This document shows positions 45,392 through 61,952 of a stretch of 64,000 nucleotides of DNA, piece by piece (position 1 is the stretch's first letter; the number at the start of each line of letters is the position of its first letter). The DNA comes from the human T2T-CHM13v2.0 reference genome, Homo sapiens: NCBI RefSeq assembly GCF_009914755.1, contig NC_060926.1. One strand, 5' to 3'. A program made the translations under genes and the position numbers. Below the pieces are notes generated by a model. It searched no databases. It saw only the letters and a program-made list of their open reading frames with translations, and was not told the origin of the DNA.

Positions 45392-47292
45392 CATACTGCT
45401 AAAATTTCATTTATGTATGTTTTAGTCATCTCACATTCATTGTGTTCTTTCAGTATATTAATAGAAGTTTCTTTAGAAGAACTTGAAGAAGAATTTGACT
45501 TTCTTGAGATATACAAATATATTATTTCTAAACTTAAATTCAATCATAGTAAAATTTTAAAGCATATATATTTTTTCAGTTTTCTAGTTCTGATACTTGC
45601 CAGTAAAATGTGTTAGTGACTTTGGAGGATGACAAAGATGGAACTTAACAAGAATGTTGAGTTTATGCTATACATGGACAAAAAGATGCTTTAAATTTAA
45701 TTTTATCTTGATTTTCATAACAACAAATATTCTTATATTTGCCTAGGGGAAAATGTACATTTTGTTATCTTTCTTTGTGTCATGGCTTTCTAGGTTCCTT
45801 GTACTTATTCCTGTCTCTGTACTTTTTCCCGCGTTCCATATGGGCCTAAATGTTTCCAGATTATCTCTTATTTGTTCTTTCCCAACTACCAAATATACCT
45901 CCCTTTTTCTGAATTTGGTTGATCTTGGCTAAACGTTAAAGGAAAAGGAATCAGATAGAAGTGGTTTATATCAATGCAAATGATATAAAGATGCATTCTA
46001 TCATAAAGGGAGAAAACATAATATGAATGACTGGAATATTTGGATCTTAAGATTCAGTCTCTAATTAATTGAATTTTAGGCAATATAGGGATATATTTTT
46101 GCTGTTTGGAGAATATTATCTACTTTCATATGCATGTAAGATGGGTCCTCATATTACATTTTTCTTTCCCCAAAGGATAAAGAAAGAGAAACTATAAGTG
46201 AAGATGGTAGTTCAAAAGAAGCACATGATATGTCAGTGAAATATATTTAATATATATTTTTTAATTTTAACTTTTATTCAAATATAAGGCATATATGTCC
46301 TGAATTTCAAAATCAGTAATGCAATATGATGTAAGACTGTGGACTTTGAGGCAGGATAGCTTCAGAACTGAATTCCAGCTCTATTCATTACTAGCTGTGA
46401 TACTGTAGACTGTTAACTTTTCAATGAATGTACTTCCTCTATGTTGAATGGGGATAATGTTTACTTTGAAGAGTTTGTAAAGACTGAGAGAAAATGTAAA
46501 GCAACTAGTGCAAAGCTTGGGATATAGCAGATACTCAACAAATATTACTTCGTATTTCTTATTTCTTTTTATCTATTTCTTAAGGGAATTTTACAATTAA
46601 AAAGCAAATCATTTTTAAAACACAGAGTCTGTCTCTGTGCACCTAAGTATAACAAACCTTGTTATATATAATTTTTGGTAAGCTATTCATCATAACAGTG
46701 TTTTAGAATTAGGTACCATCTTAATTATTAGATATTGACAATAATTTGATACTGTAAATTACAGTTAACTTTCTATTAAGCTAATGAAAGCCCCTTTTTA
46801 ACTACATAGTTAAAATATTATGTATTCTGTGAAGTTTGCTTTAGAATATGAATATTTTTGGTCTGATTTTTTACAGTTCTTCAAAGACAATAATAAGAAC
46901 ATTTTGGAGACCCATCTTAAGCAAATCTGGTAATTTACTGAATTTCTCTATCCTTTCTTCTTAGATCCTTCTCTTACAAATCTATTTTGGAAATAGTTTG
47001 CATCAGCTTTCAATGGCATAAAATATCTTTCTAAGGTAGATCTGAAAAACTATCAGTGTAATATCTACTTAGGTTGGTTAAGTTTTATATATTTCTTGGG
47101 GCAAATTAATTAAATTAATGAAAGCTTATCTTCCAACTTCTCTTTGTTTTGAATAAACAAATAATCTTTATTTCAGCAAAATGCTCTGAATGGGTAACAG
47201 TGTTGAATAATTTAGAAGTTATATGTACCCCAGACATTTTACTAAATCCTCTCTAGAACTTATAATTGAATGAAATAGAAAAGTGAGAGTAG

Positions 47293-47579
47293 GGCTGGCC
47301 TCAGTGGTTCACACTTGTAGTCCCAGCACTTTGGGAGGCTGAGACGGTGGATCGCTTGAGCCCAGGAGTTTGAGACCAGCCAGGGCAACATTGTGAAAAC
47401 CCCATCTCTACAAAAAATATAAAAATTAGCCTCCCATGGTAGCACACATGTACTCAGAAGGCTGAGGTGGAAGATCTCTTGGCTTGAGCCCTGGGAGGTT
47501 GAGGCTGCAGAGAACTGTGATCATGCCAGCCTAGGCTACAGAACAAGACCCTGTCTCCAAAAAATGAAAAAAAAAAAAA
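47293..47579 (+). mobile_element. Alu (J-type)
   Basis: gatcgcttgagcccaggag; TSD AAAAGTGAGAG. Confidence 0.93.
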
Positions 47580-50056
47580 GTGAGAGAATAGGAACTAAAG
47601 CAGCTTTTGGATGATTCAGGGTAGTAATATAATAGCTAACATCCATTGAAAACTTACTATTTACTAGACACCGTTCTAAGCCCTTTGTATAAACTCATGT
47701 AGAGAGCTAGGCATTGCCTGAATTTTAAGTACAGCTTATTGGTGATTTGAAATGAAAATAAAGGCTTCTATTTTTTTTTAAAGCATCCCCACAAACATAA
47801 TTTCCCACCTACTTTCATCTTTTCTCTCATCCACACATTATTTGTACTGCATTTTGCATATTGCCTTTTTCATTTCCCAGTGTGCCCACATGCCTCTCTA
47901 CTCATATCTTCTTTTGGCATGTGTATATATGCTTTTAGTTCACATGCACTTATATACACATAATCACCATTATAGAGTCCACCCAAGCTCTCAAGTTGGG
48001 AACATGGGAACCATTTTAACATCTCCCTGATTATCTTGTCAGTTCTACTTGAAAGTTTTTGAGTCTCTTTCCTCTTCTCAACCTATACTGCCACTGCCCT
48101 CATTCAAGCTCTAATCACTTCTGGCCTCAGTCATTTTAAAAGTCCTCGAACTAGTCCCTTCTAGTACTACCCAGGTCTTGTCTATATCCCATATTGCAAC
48201 GAAAGAACCTTTCTCAAATGCAAATCTAATCAAATCACTCTCTTGTGTTCCTTGTTATAGTCAACCTTCTTAGTATGATATATCAAGCACTTTATAGTCT
48301 GACCTCCATATACATTTTCAGCCTTATTTCCAAATACTTTTTTATCTTCTACATGAACTTTGACATGTTAAGTTGCTTGAACTTATCTAAAATAAGCCTT
48401 GTTCTTTCCTGCTTCTGTATACATTCCTTGCTTTAGAATATACATATCCAATTTCCACCTACCTAATCCCTCCTCTACACCATGTCAGTTCTAGAGCTAC
48501 CCAGCAAACTTCTATTTATCTTACAAGACTCAGAATTAATATTACTTATTGAGAATTCTTTCTTGATTTCCCTAAACAAATTGAGCACCCTCTTCTTTAT
48601 GTTTTATAAGCTAGTTATTGTTCTGGGCTGACCTCAGTAACACAGTTTTTATAGCTTAGTGATAATGTCACTGCTGTGACTCTTAGCAGTTTGCAAAGTA
48701 TTTTCATATGAATCAGCTAGCTTAGTAATTCTGTTTTGTATTACCTTTATGTGATCTCCTCTCCTTCATATAGATTCCTTGGAAAATATTAACTCTAATG
48801 TTTCCTAAGCTACTCTGTTATTATTTTCATTGAGATAATTGGTAACCATCTTGTCAGAAATGGGGTAATAAATGGTTGTTCAGCCTCCACTCTTTCTTGC
48901 TGCATGGTCTCCTTGAGGATCTTTGTCAATGGATTCAAACTTGTTTCTGTAATAAATTTGATTTTTTTCCTATGGCCCAAACAGTGTATGAATGTGCATA
49001 CATAAATGTGTGTTTTTTCCTTCATTTGGCTGTTGCCCTTTTTCATCTCTGTTGTCTATGCGACTACTGTCTGCCTTTTGTTTTTTTCCTCATAGATTAC
49101 CCCTTTGACTATTACCCTCTTTCCTTTCTTTTATATTCTGTTATTATAAAAGTATTATCTATATTTCTTTCTCTACTTTTTACCTACTATTTAGTTTTTA
49201 GATTAATTCATGAATTGCAAAAATGTTGCTATTTATTTTAGAAATGGTAGAAAATTTTAAAGGAAAACAAATCTAAATCCCTACCTAGATACAATTTCTA
49301 TCCTTTAAAAAAATTTTGTTTCTGTGCACATATATAGTATTCATGGAAATTATAATAGTATTAAACATCCTCGTCTGCATATTGCTTTTCTGGTTTGTCA
49401 ATAAACATGAACAGTAAATATAGTCATATATTTTCATGTCATTAATATAGACTAGAATCACTATCTTGCTTGCAGCATATTATTTCATTATATGAATTTG
49501 CTAACAACTTAAAACAGTATTGAATTGTTGCAATTTAGTTTGTTTCCAATATTTTTAATTATAAACAATTGTTTATAATGAAATGCATTTTTCAAAAATA
49601 TATGCCCATTTGTTTGTTTCTTCGGGATAAATTCACAAATGTGAAATTTTTAGAACAAAGAATGCGACTTTTTTTCAAGTCCAACAGAGCCTAAAGGTTA
49701 AAAAAAAAGGAATGTGACTTTTTCAAGAAGATGTTTTGCATATTATCACATGTATTCCCCCCCAAAATGATAGTTCTTAACGGTCAGTGGAGATTTTCTT
49801 GCACCTTTGCCAACACAAGCTATCTTTGCTCAGCAAGCAAATAAAATATCCAAATAAAATATCTCAGTATTATTTTAATATGCATTTCTTTGATTACTCA
49901 TGAATATGAAAATATTTTAGTATGTTAATTAGTAATTCTATTTTTCTTGTGAATGCTGTGCTCTGTCTTTACCAGTTTCTTTTTTTTCTGTTTAGAGTGT
50001 CAGTATTTTATTATTTGTTAGAACTACTATACTGGGGAGTAAAACTTTGTCCCATA

Positions 50057-50499
50057 TGTTGTGGGTGTCGACTCTCTGGGGCCAATGTCATGTGGGCAGT
50101 AAAAAGAATTTACCAAGACAGTTCCAGATAAAGAAAGGCAGGTTTATTAGAGAAAGTATGAAAATGCGTTGCAAGGGCAGTGGGCAAATGGGCAAGACAG
50201 GAGCTGACTGCAAGGAGACAAAGGCTTGCTGGGGATTTTATGGGATGATACTTGTGCTTTGTGCTGGAGAAGGCTACGTACGCTACTGATAACACCAAGG
50301 TTGCAGTGAGCTAACTTGCATTTTTCTATCAGCCAATGGTCTGGTGATAAGTCAGCTGCAGGACGATTGTGAGTTATTTGCACGGGAGGTCTGTGTCCTG
50401 GACCAGAGGAAAGGCAGACTTAACAGCTTATCTGCTTTCTCTTTTTGCTTTCCCCTGCTCCTGTCAGCCTGACCCCTTTTCTCTTATTAGGACTCTACA
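50057..50499 (-). mobile_element. ERVL-class solo LTR (LTR32-like) inserted into old L1ME sequence
   Basis: TG...CA termini; 5-bp TSD CCATA/CTATA; subfamily assigned from memory. Confidence 0.7.
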
Positions 50500-50699
50500 C
50501 TATATTCTGAAAAAAAAATTACTAATTTATTATGTGCATTGAACTTGATGGTGGTATATTTTGCCATGTAGATGTTTTGGGGTTTTTGTGTCATCAAATA
50601 TATTAGAGAGTTTTTTTTTTAAACGATTTTTGCTCTTGGTATCCTTCCTAAAGAGAATAATCACAATTTAAAATTACGTAAGTAGATATTTATGTTTTC

Positions 50700-51006
50700 T
50701 TGTTCTTCTTTCTTTTCTTTTTTCTGAGACAGAGTCTCACTCACTTGCCCAGGCTGGAATGCAGTGGCGTGACCTTGGCTCACTGCAACCTCTGCCTCTG
50801 GGTTCAAGCTATTCTCCTGCCTCAGCCTCCCGAGTAGCTGGGACTACAGGCAAATGCCACCACACCTGGCTAATTTTTGTAGTTTTAGTAAAGACGGGGT
50901 TTCATCATGTTGGCCAGGCTGGTCTCAAACTCCTGGCCTCAAGTGATCTGCCCATCTCTGCCTCCCAAAGTGCTGGGATTACATGTGTGAGTCACCATGC
51001 CCGGCT
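50700..51006 (-). mobile_element. Alu
   Basis: Antisense dimer. Confidence 0.95.
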
Positions 51007-53002
51007 GCATTTTGATAAAAATCTTTAAAATTCATATGGAAATTCATTTGGTATAAGAAGGAACATGGGTATTTACCTTTTTTCCCCAAAAATGTTAGCC
51101 AGTTGTCCCTCAAACTTAATAAATAATTCCCATTTACTTGAAATGCTACCTTTATCTTATGCTAAATTATTATGTACACTCAGGTATATCTGCTGTTAGC
51201 TATATTCCCTTGACTAAGTTACTGTATGTTTGCATTTTTCTTTCCTCATCTGTCAAATGGATATAATAAACTCATAATTTATTATAAGTACTATGTATGA
51301 GTCATTAAAATGTAAATATGAATAAAACACATATATCAACATTTAGCACAATGATTAGCCTAGGGTATATGCTCAGTAAATGAGAGTTATTACTGTTATT
51401 TATTTTTATTATTAACATTGATGAGTCTATTATATTAGAACCATACTTTTTATAATTATTGCTATGTAATAAATTTTAATATCTCATAGGGCAAAATTTT
51501 CATCTTTATGTTTCTGTGAAGCCTAGGAGATTATATTCATCTTCATCTATTAAAATTTTATGTATCTTTATTTAGTATTCTCCACAAGGTATGTAGCTAT
51601 CTGATGAGATTCTAAATCTTGTTCTTAATTATCCTATCTGTTTTTTTTCCTCCTGAGCATTATTGCTAGGCATAGTCTCTTCTTTGTTTTTTTGTTTCCA
51701 ATGTTATAGTTTCTTAAACTTAGAAATGTTTATTTTTGTATTTTTGGAGGATTAATATGAGAATTAAGAAGTTTGGCATAATTACAAATGAATTCAGAAA
51801 ACCTCCATGAACTTCTTGGTAATTTCTGCTTTTTTAATTTAAAAGACGTTTTAAATGCATCATTTTGGAATATTTTCTAAGCTGCATAATTAGAAATTTC
51901 TCAGAGAGCTTTTCCTTTCTTATTTTTTCCTTAAAGCTTTGGATTCAGTATGTCAACTGGTATGTGGTATCAGTATTAAAAGTATTACATGAGTGCTAAT
52001 ATGCTGTTAAAGTAAACATGTATAGGATATAAATACCATCTATATTAGGTCTCAGAAATTATTCCTTTTTAGTCAAGCCATATTTAGAACTATATGTAAA
52101 AACTGTATACTTCGCTTTTCAAATAGGTGCTCTTTTTTTTCATGATTCATTTTTTTTTGCTTGAATTTAGCCAATAGGAAAGAGTAGAAATAAGGAAGGT
52201 TATCGGTTTCACTGTACAGCTCGGTGGCATATATTTTCCTCCCCTTTCACTGTTAAAGTGCATTAAATAAAGTAAGTCTTTATTAATAATCTCTTAAAGA
52301 GATGATGAGATAAACTACAGAGGAAAAAAAAACTGACTAGCCAGTGGGAGATGTAGAATGAGGGAAATAATTTGGATTAACAGGATAGATATTAGAGGAT
52401 ATCTTAAAATAGTTTTTTAAGTATCTTCCCTATAGGAAAAATTTGAATTGAAAGCCATCGAGAAATTATGTATAAATGGAAAATCAGAGAGTAAAAGATG
52501 GGCAAGATAGCTATATACCTTATATAACTACACATTTTTCTGAACAATTTTTCTTGAGAGGTATGAAAACTTTAAATGCTGAATATGTTATTAGGTTAAT
52601 TTTAATTATAGTAGCAAATTACTGGTTGAAAAACCAAAATAATATAAATAATATGAAAAATAATGATTGCCATGTATTTAACTTATATTAAACCTAATCT
52701 GTAAATTTCTAACCACTAAGCTTAGATAACAATTATTTTTAAAATACTGCACAGTAATTTATATTCATAATGATGATTCTTAGAACAAGGCAAGGTCTTG
52801 AGGATTAAATTTTTTTCATTGTAGTTTAAGTATACCTTAATTATTATATTTAGTTTTTGTAGAATCAATAATGAACATTGTTATCACCATTAGATTCAGT
52901 AAATATTTGAATGCCATTCATATGTAAACATTAAGTGAATTCAAACTGTTAGAGCATTCCATTTTGGAAAAATGGGATGATACATTGCCTGTAAAGATGT
53001 AC

Positions 53003-53328
53003 TTTATTTAAATTTTGACTTTTATTTTAGATACAGGGGGTATATGTGCATGTTTGTTACATGGCACTATTATATGATGCTGAGGTTTGGGGTATGGATA
53101 ACATCACCCAGGTAGGCAATATAGTACCCAATAAGTAGTTTTCCAACCCATGTTCCCCCACTACTTCCCCTGATCTAGTAGTCCACAGTGTCTACTGTTC
53201 CCAAATTTATGTCCATGTGTGCTCAATGTTTAGCTCCCACTTATAAGTGAGAACATGTGGTATGTGGTTTTCTATTCCTGCCCTAATTCATTTAGGATGA
53301 TGGCCTCCAACTGCATCTATGTTACTGC
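53003..53328 (-). mobile_element. 5'-truncated older L1PA/L1PB 3' end
   Basis: ttttattttagatacagggggtatatgtgcatgtttgttacatgg...gctcccacttataagtgagaacatg. Confidence 0.85.
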
Positions 53329-56300
53329 TGATTATGTGTATAACTTGTAGAAAGTAAACTTAGCATTTTATAGTCATTTTTGTGTGGAAAAATTTGAATT
53401 TGCAAGTTTTAAATGAGAGTGTTGAAAAGATTATTCAAAATTTACTTTCTTTGATTTATGTACAACTTTTAATAACATTTGTATAGCTTGAAATAAGTTT
53501 AGTTACATATGATGAGTAGTAGTATCTACATCAAGAAATAGAATGAGCAAATCAATAATTACATTGCCTTATATTTATGTAGTGCTTGATGCCTTAGAAA
53601 TTGCCATCATATACATTTTTATATAATCCTCGCAGCAATACTGTAGGTCAATACTCTGTTTTGCAGATGAAACACAAAGTGCGTAAGTGACCAACCCAAG
53701 GTTAGGCCCTTGTAAAATCCCTTTACTCTTGGTTTAGTAGTTTTCCCACCATGCCAGCATTATACACAGGTTCTTACAGAATTATGGTGCCAATTATACT
53801 TTGTCATACAGGCAAATTATATGTTTCTTGTTTATCTCTAAATATATTTAAGCTGTTAACACAGAATGGGAAAAGGGTACGTTACTGGATTCCTTAATGT
53901 GAAATGCAAAAACAATTTTCTAGGGAGTCATCATCATTATCGTTTTGAGGACAAAAATCTGTTTTTTAAAGTCACTTTTGTGGTAAGATATTTGAAAAGC
54001 AATTGTTTTCCAAATTTTTATGCAGTTATTGATGTTAATGAACATCAGTCTTTAATCCTTATGTTTACACAGCCTATCTTGAGAGAAAATATGGCACAAA
54101 AGAGATAATTTTATGTATTACAAAAAATACTGGCTCTAGAGTGAAAGAACTATGTTCAAACTCTGCCCTTGGCACTTAGTGACCTCAAGAAAGTCATTGA
54201 TCTCCTTTGAACTTTAGTTTCTCACTTAAGAAATGAAGGCAAAAATACCAGTTATCATCTGACAAGAATATTCGGAATGAAACAAGATTATATATGTCAA
54301 AGTTCTATATAGTTATTTTCATTTATTACCACTAAGAGAATGTATATTTATGTATCTCTTCACTTTTCTATCCAACAGAGAAACATGGGGTTAAATAGGC
54401 CCTTTGATTCTAAAATTCTATATTCAATAAGTAAGATTTACAAATAAATGTATTACTCAAGTTTTTACCTAAAAGAAAACTTGTTAAAGTCTTTGATAAA
54501 GGTAAGACATGTGTAATACAATTATTTCATAATTTATTTTTTCTAAAATATTTGGATTTTTTAGTCTTTTGAACATAGAGACAGCTACAGTTGTATTTCC
54601 TAAGAAGCTGACGCTTTAGTTGCAAACATATAATGTCCTATGTTTCCATTTGTATGAAGCTACTTAGAGAAATATTTTGAGCTTTATTATTTTATTGTAA
54701 AGATATGAAAATGAGGAAGTTTACCTCATATTCAACAGCTGACTGAATAAAGGATGTAACAAGAAGTATGTAGTTGGGACAAGTTTGATATTCATAATTT
54801 CCCTACCTGCCACACACATTGAAGTCTGAATCTCATAGTCACGGGAAAAGTCTGTAGCAGATAAGGTAGTTTTAGATTCTTATAGTGAAAGGAAATTTTA
54901 TCCTTTTGTCTTCAAGGTCTGCAGTCTATAGATTACCTTGAATTCATTACCAGTATTGAAATTTTATTTAGTATGTTAAAAAATGCTTCCTCCCCAATCT
55001 ATAGTCAGTTTTTAGTTACCTGTTTGAGGCAGTACTGCATATGAATTTCCAAGCTCTCATTAGCAGTACGAAGCTTTCATATTTTCCTATTTGGGCAAAA
55101 GAAAGCTTGGGAATTTCTCTCTAGAGTTTACACTCAGTTTTAGGAAGATAATTTTTACAGTGCAATTTGAAATTTTCTTTCCACGTTAGGGAAGTCTTTA
55201 GGCAAGAAGATACCCCAAGGCCGGAAGGTAGCAATTTGGTTTGCCTTTTACATTAATTTTAGAATGGTACATTTTCCTCTAATTTGAATTGGATTGCAGA
55301 CAAGAGTGAACAGGGTGAAAGAGTGAATGGCACAGTTTTCATATCCTTTTGAATTGGGTATTCATGGTAGACTTTGCATTTTACCTAAAATATGAATTTA
55401 GACTGTCACATTTTCACATTCGTTTAAACAGATTTACCAAGCATTTAATATGTCAGGAACTATGCTGAGTAGCCTCCTACTTCTAATCTTAAGTCATTAT
55501 GTGAGGACAATTATCCTTCTTTTAGAAGGGAGGAAATTGATATTTAATAGAGAAATTAGGCTAAGAAAGAGCTGGTTAGCAACATGTCAGGCATTTGAAC
55601 CTATATCTCAATTCTGCAAGTTCCTTAACTTTTACAAATACAAAATTATTTTTAAATTATAACATTAATTCCAGTTCACTGTAGAACATTTGAAGAATAC
55701 AGAATATAAAAGGAGAAAATGAAAATAGCTATAATCTCACCCCCTGGAAATAGTATTTTTAGATATTTTCGTCTAGTCTTTTTGACATATTTTACATAAC
55801 TGGGAACAGTTATGTTCTTTCTTCCAGAAAGTAGGAAGTTTTCAGATTTACCTGTTAGGACAAAAGAAAGCTTGAGAATTTCTCTCTAGAATTTACACTC
55901 AGTTTACACTCTAGAATTTACACTCTCTAGAATTTACACTCAAAAAGAACAAGACTGTGTGTACAGTGTGTATTCCATTGTATAAGCATTACCCCATGTT
56001 TTAAAAATAATTTTGTGTTATTTTAACTAGCTGCATAGTATTCCAACATATAGATATACAACTATTTATTTAAATATTCCCTTATTTTTGAACATTTCAG
56101 TTGTTATAATATGTCTAACTTTTTGGTTTAAAGTTTCTATGTATCATGCAACACTTAAATAAATTTACAAGCATAAAAAAAACCAAGAAAAGTATTTGCC
56201 TGATACATAATTGCTACCTCTTATGAGAATTTTAAATTACATGAGAAATTTCAATTTCATGTGAAGATAGCAGGGTACTAAGCTGTACATATTTTAAAAT

Positions 56301-56379
56301 CCCAATTATGTTAATTATACACATGCTCAAATGCACAGGCAAAAAGACTGGAGGGAATTACATAAAAGTCTTAAGAGTT

Positions 56380-57052
56380 GCCCTCATCTCTCACCTAGGT
56401 TATTAAAATAGCTTCCTAATTGACCCCTTAATTCCACTTTTGCTTCCTTCTATTCCATTCTTCACACAGCAGCCAGACCAATCCTTGAACTACAGAAATC
56501 ATTTTAAGTCATTTCTCTGTGTAGACCTTCCAGTGACTTTGTCACAGTGAAATCCATAGTCCTTGCCATGGCCTACAAAGTCTTACATATATATGGGTCC
56601 CACTCCCCAACTTTTATTTTCTCTCTGATTTTAATCCTCTACCTCCGATCCCATGTTTCATTTCTCTAGCCACACTGGCTCCTTGGCTGTTCCTTCAAGG
56701 TGTCAAGCATGCTCTTTTCTTTTCCAGTTGCTATTCCTTCTGGAATGCTCTTCCTCAGGATACCTGCAGTATTTGTTGACTCACTTACTTGAAGTTTCTG
56801 CTTGAATATCATCTTATCAGAAAAATCTATAAATGCTATAAAATCTATCATTCTGTAAAAAAATGCATCATTCTATACTATATAATCTACGTTATTTTAT
56901 TTTTAGCACACACCTACAGTACGTTTAATGGTTTGTCTCTACTCACTAGAAACTAAACTTCATGATGATAATTTTTTTTAGTTATTGCTGAATCCCCAGA
57001 AACCTCAACAGAGCAGGGCATGTAGTAGGCACTCAATAAATATTTGTTGAAC
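56380..57052 (+). mobile_element. L2 3' fragment
   Basis: tccattcttcacacagcagccaga; ends gtaggcactcaataaatatttgttgaa. Confidence 0.75.
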
Positions 57053-57179
57053 AATAGTGATTTTGTCTGAGTAGTAGAATTATAGATAGTTTTAATTTAA
57101 AATTTTCATTATATTAAGCAAATATTATCATATATATATAAAACCTAAAACTTTAATACATTACAGTTATTCTCTGGGA

Positions 57180-59120
<1,941 letters not shown>

Positions 59121-61628
59121 TTCTTAATTTTATTAGGCAAAGAAGTCAACGCTGATATGGTAAGGTGTAATATTTACTGTACAAAACATTTGAATAGTTA
59201 TTTTATTAATGGTCATTTGTATGTTTCTTGTATGTATCATCCACTTTGATGATGAATAACTACTAGTTTCGATAGTGATAATTATGTATCAAGGTGTTTT
59301 TTTTCAAGTATAAAACTGATTTCTTTAACACAGGTCACATGTCTATAATGAAGAAATATGCTTTGCTTTAATTTGTGCTTGGATAGGCTTCCTATGTATA
59401 AGGTCTTGTGTTATTGGATATATTCTGAATTTAGCTTGATTTCATTCAGTAATTTATCATTTGAAATTGATGGGGCAGACATTTACCTTTGTATTATGAA
59501 ATTACTAAATAAACAAATGTGCAACTACAAGTGAAAGAGTTATTTAAATTACTTTAGAGCAAACATTAAAAGCCATATTTGCATAAAAGTCATGATAATT
59601 TATAACACCTACTTTTTATAAAGGAAATCTTGTAGAACAGGATATGTGGTTTTAGGAACTAGTTTGATAGGCATTAAGGATAACAGTTGCAGCCTTATAT
59701 CAGCATTGGGTACAGTGTATTACTTTATTGTGGTTTGTTGTTTTGGCTTCACAGTATCACAAAAATCTTGATTCACAGATAGCAGTATTGTTGCTCTTAC
59801 CCGAATACTTTCCTGAGAGTGAATATGGTCAGGCCAAACTACTATAAACCAAGAGCTTCATGCAAAACTATACTTTCCTAATCAATTGTAGTATCATAAG
59901 AATTTGGAATGTGTTCAAAGATAGAAAAAAAAAAGATTTTAAGATATATTCTCTTTTTCTCTTCTTTCTTTTTCTCTCTCTCCCCCCACCACCATCTCTA
60001 ATTGTAAGAGACAAAGCGTAACCATATTTTTTTGCTGATAATCAGTATTTAAAACTAGAATCAAATTAAATTGCTAATATGGTGCAATATAAGTCACTTA
60101 CTTAAATTCTCAATGAACGCAACGACACAACTCTTAGGATATAAAACAAGGTGATATGTAGCATATGTAAACTTTTAAAAGGGTGTTTATAAGGACTATT
60201 TTGTAACTTATTACTTATACTAGAGATTGGATGTTATTTGACTTAAGCCAAACCTCAGTATCTATTTTCTTTTTAAGCACTGTTCACATTTAAAGGAGAG
60301 GCATAGTTTATTCCATGGATTTAAGTTAAGCTTTTAACATACTTCTCTAAAGGAAATTCCCTATATGTTATTTCTTTCTATGGATTTACATATTGATAAA
60401 AAGTTTATTTGAATTGTTGGAAACTAGAAAATGTACATGAGGAAGAATTTTACTCCATCTGAGGAAAGAAAGGTGGAAGGAAAGAAGACTACTTAGGCTT
60501 ACTACTTAGTGTCTTTAGAATTTACCATATGGATAACCACATCTTGGTTGTAAGAATTACGAGTAACACTTTGGGATTTTTGAAGTTTTATGGGACACAA
60601 AAAGCTGAGATGTGTTACTCTTCGTACCATTTTATTAGGACCCATTTGAACATATGGTTATAATTATGTATTTGTTACTAATTTTGGAGGATGTATGTCA
60701 GTTTTTGAAATTGAAGTGGAGGTACATGCATTAAGATTACTGAATTTTGAAGGGGATTTCTAGATTTTACTGATCTCTTACTTTCCTAAAATTTTTCAAG
60801 CCACAGCTGTAATTTATTATTTGATAAGTGGTTTGTAGTAGCTATTCAAGTACTCTGTAATGTCAAACACTATGCCAGTATTTATCTCATGATTCTGATC
60901 ATATTTATGTGTGGTAGAAAAATAGTCAAATGTTTAACATAGAAATTTGACCAAATTTATAGTTTACTCTGGAAATTTGACTAAATTTATTGTATACAAT
61001 ATGAATTAGAAAAATTCAGGAAAGGAAAGCTTTTGGTTATTAGAAACATCTATCCTGTAGTTTCTTTAAAGGCTGATTTTTTTAAAAGCATTAAGCAGTC
61101 ATTCTTACTGTCTTTAATGACAATTCATTTTATCCCTTGGTTACCATTTTGCTTTATTTTCTCTGACTTATTTGGATTAATTGCTTTAGCAAACATTGTT
61201 TAAAAATTTTAATTTTCTAATATTTCTTAAAAAGCTCTATTTGTTTTTTTCTACTCCTAGTTTTTTTTTCTATAGTTACCTCAATTGTTTCTTTTAATAA
61301 TACAAACTGGTTGATTTACCCTTCCTTATGAACATCAGAATAGAAAATAAATATGTAATTACTTTAATATATATGTATATCCAGTTATGGCAACAATTGA
61401 ACAATTTAATATAATTTTGCATGTTAAGGGAGCTTAGAATGTACATTGTACTTTTTGTAAGTTGGTATACCACAGCATGTACATAATTACATATAATAAG
61501 CCTTATTATTTGTTTTTTTCAGTTGTTTTTGTTTGTTTTTCATAGAACCAATTCAGTTTTTTCTTGATAAACATTCTAACTTATGCTGTTATAATTAAAT
61601 ATGATAAATATTAATATAGCCTGGATAT

Positions 61629-61952
<324 letters not shown>

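Noticed and set aside
48876-49241. 121-aa hydrophobic ORF
   Set aside because: F/L/Y-rich translation of T-rich low-complexity DNA with no recognisable homology
54379-54501. 123-nt candidate exon as part of the relic reading frame
   Set aside because: Stops in all three frames, phase does not continue cleanly from 52271, and part resembles a MIR end; kept only as a possible non-coding exon
59334-59900. Further exon-like segments after the 59137 micro-exon
   Set aside because: Multiple stops and ambiguous boundaries; no consistent phase chain could be built
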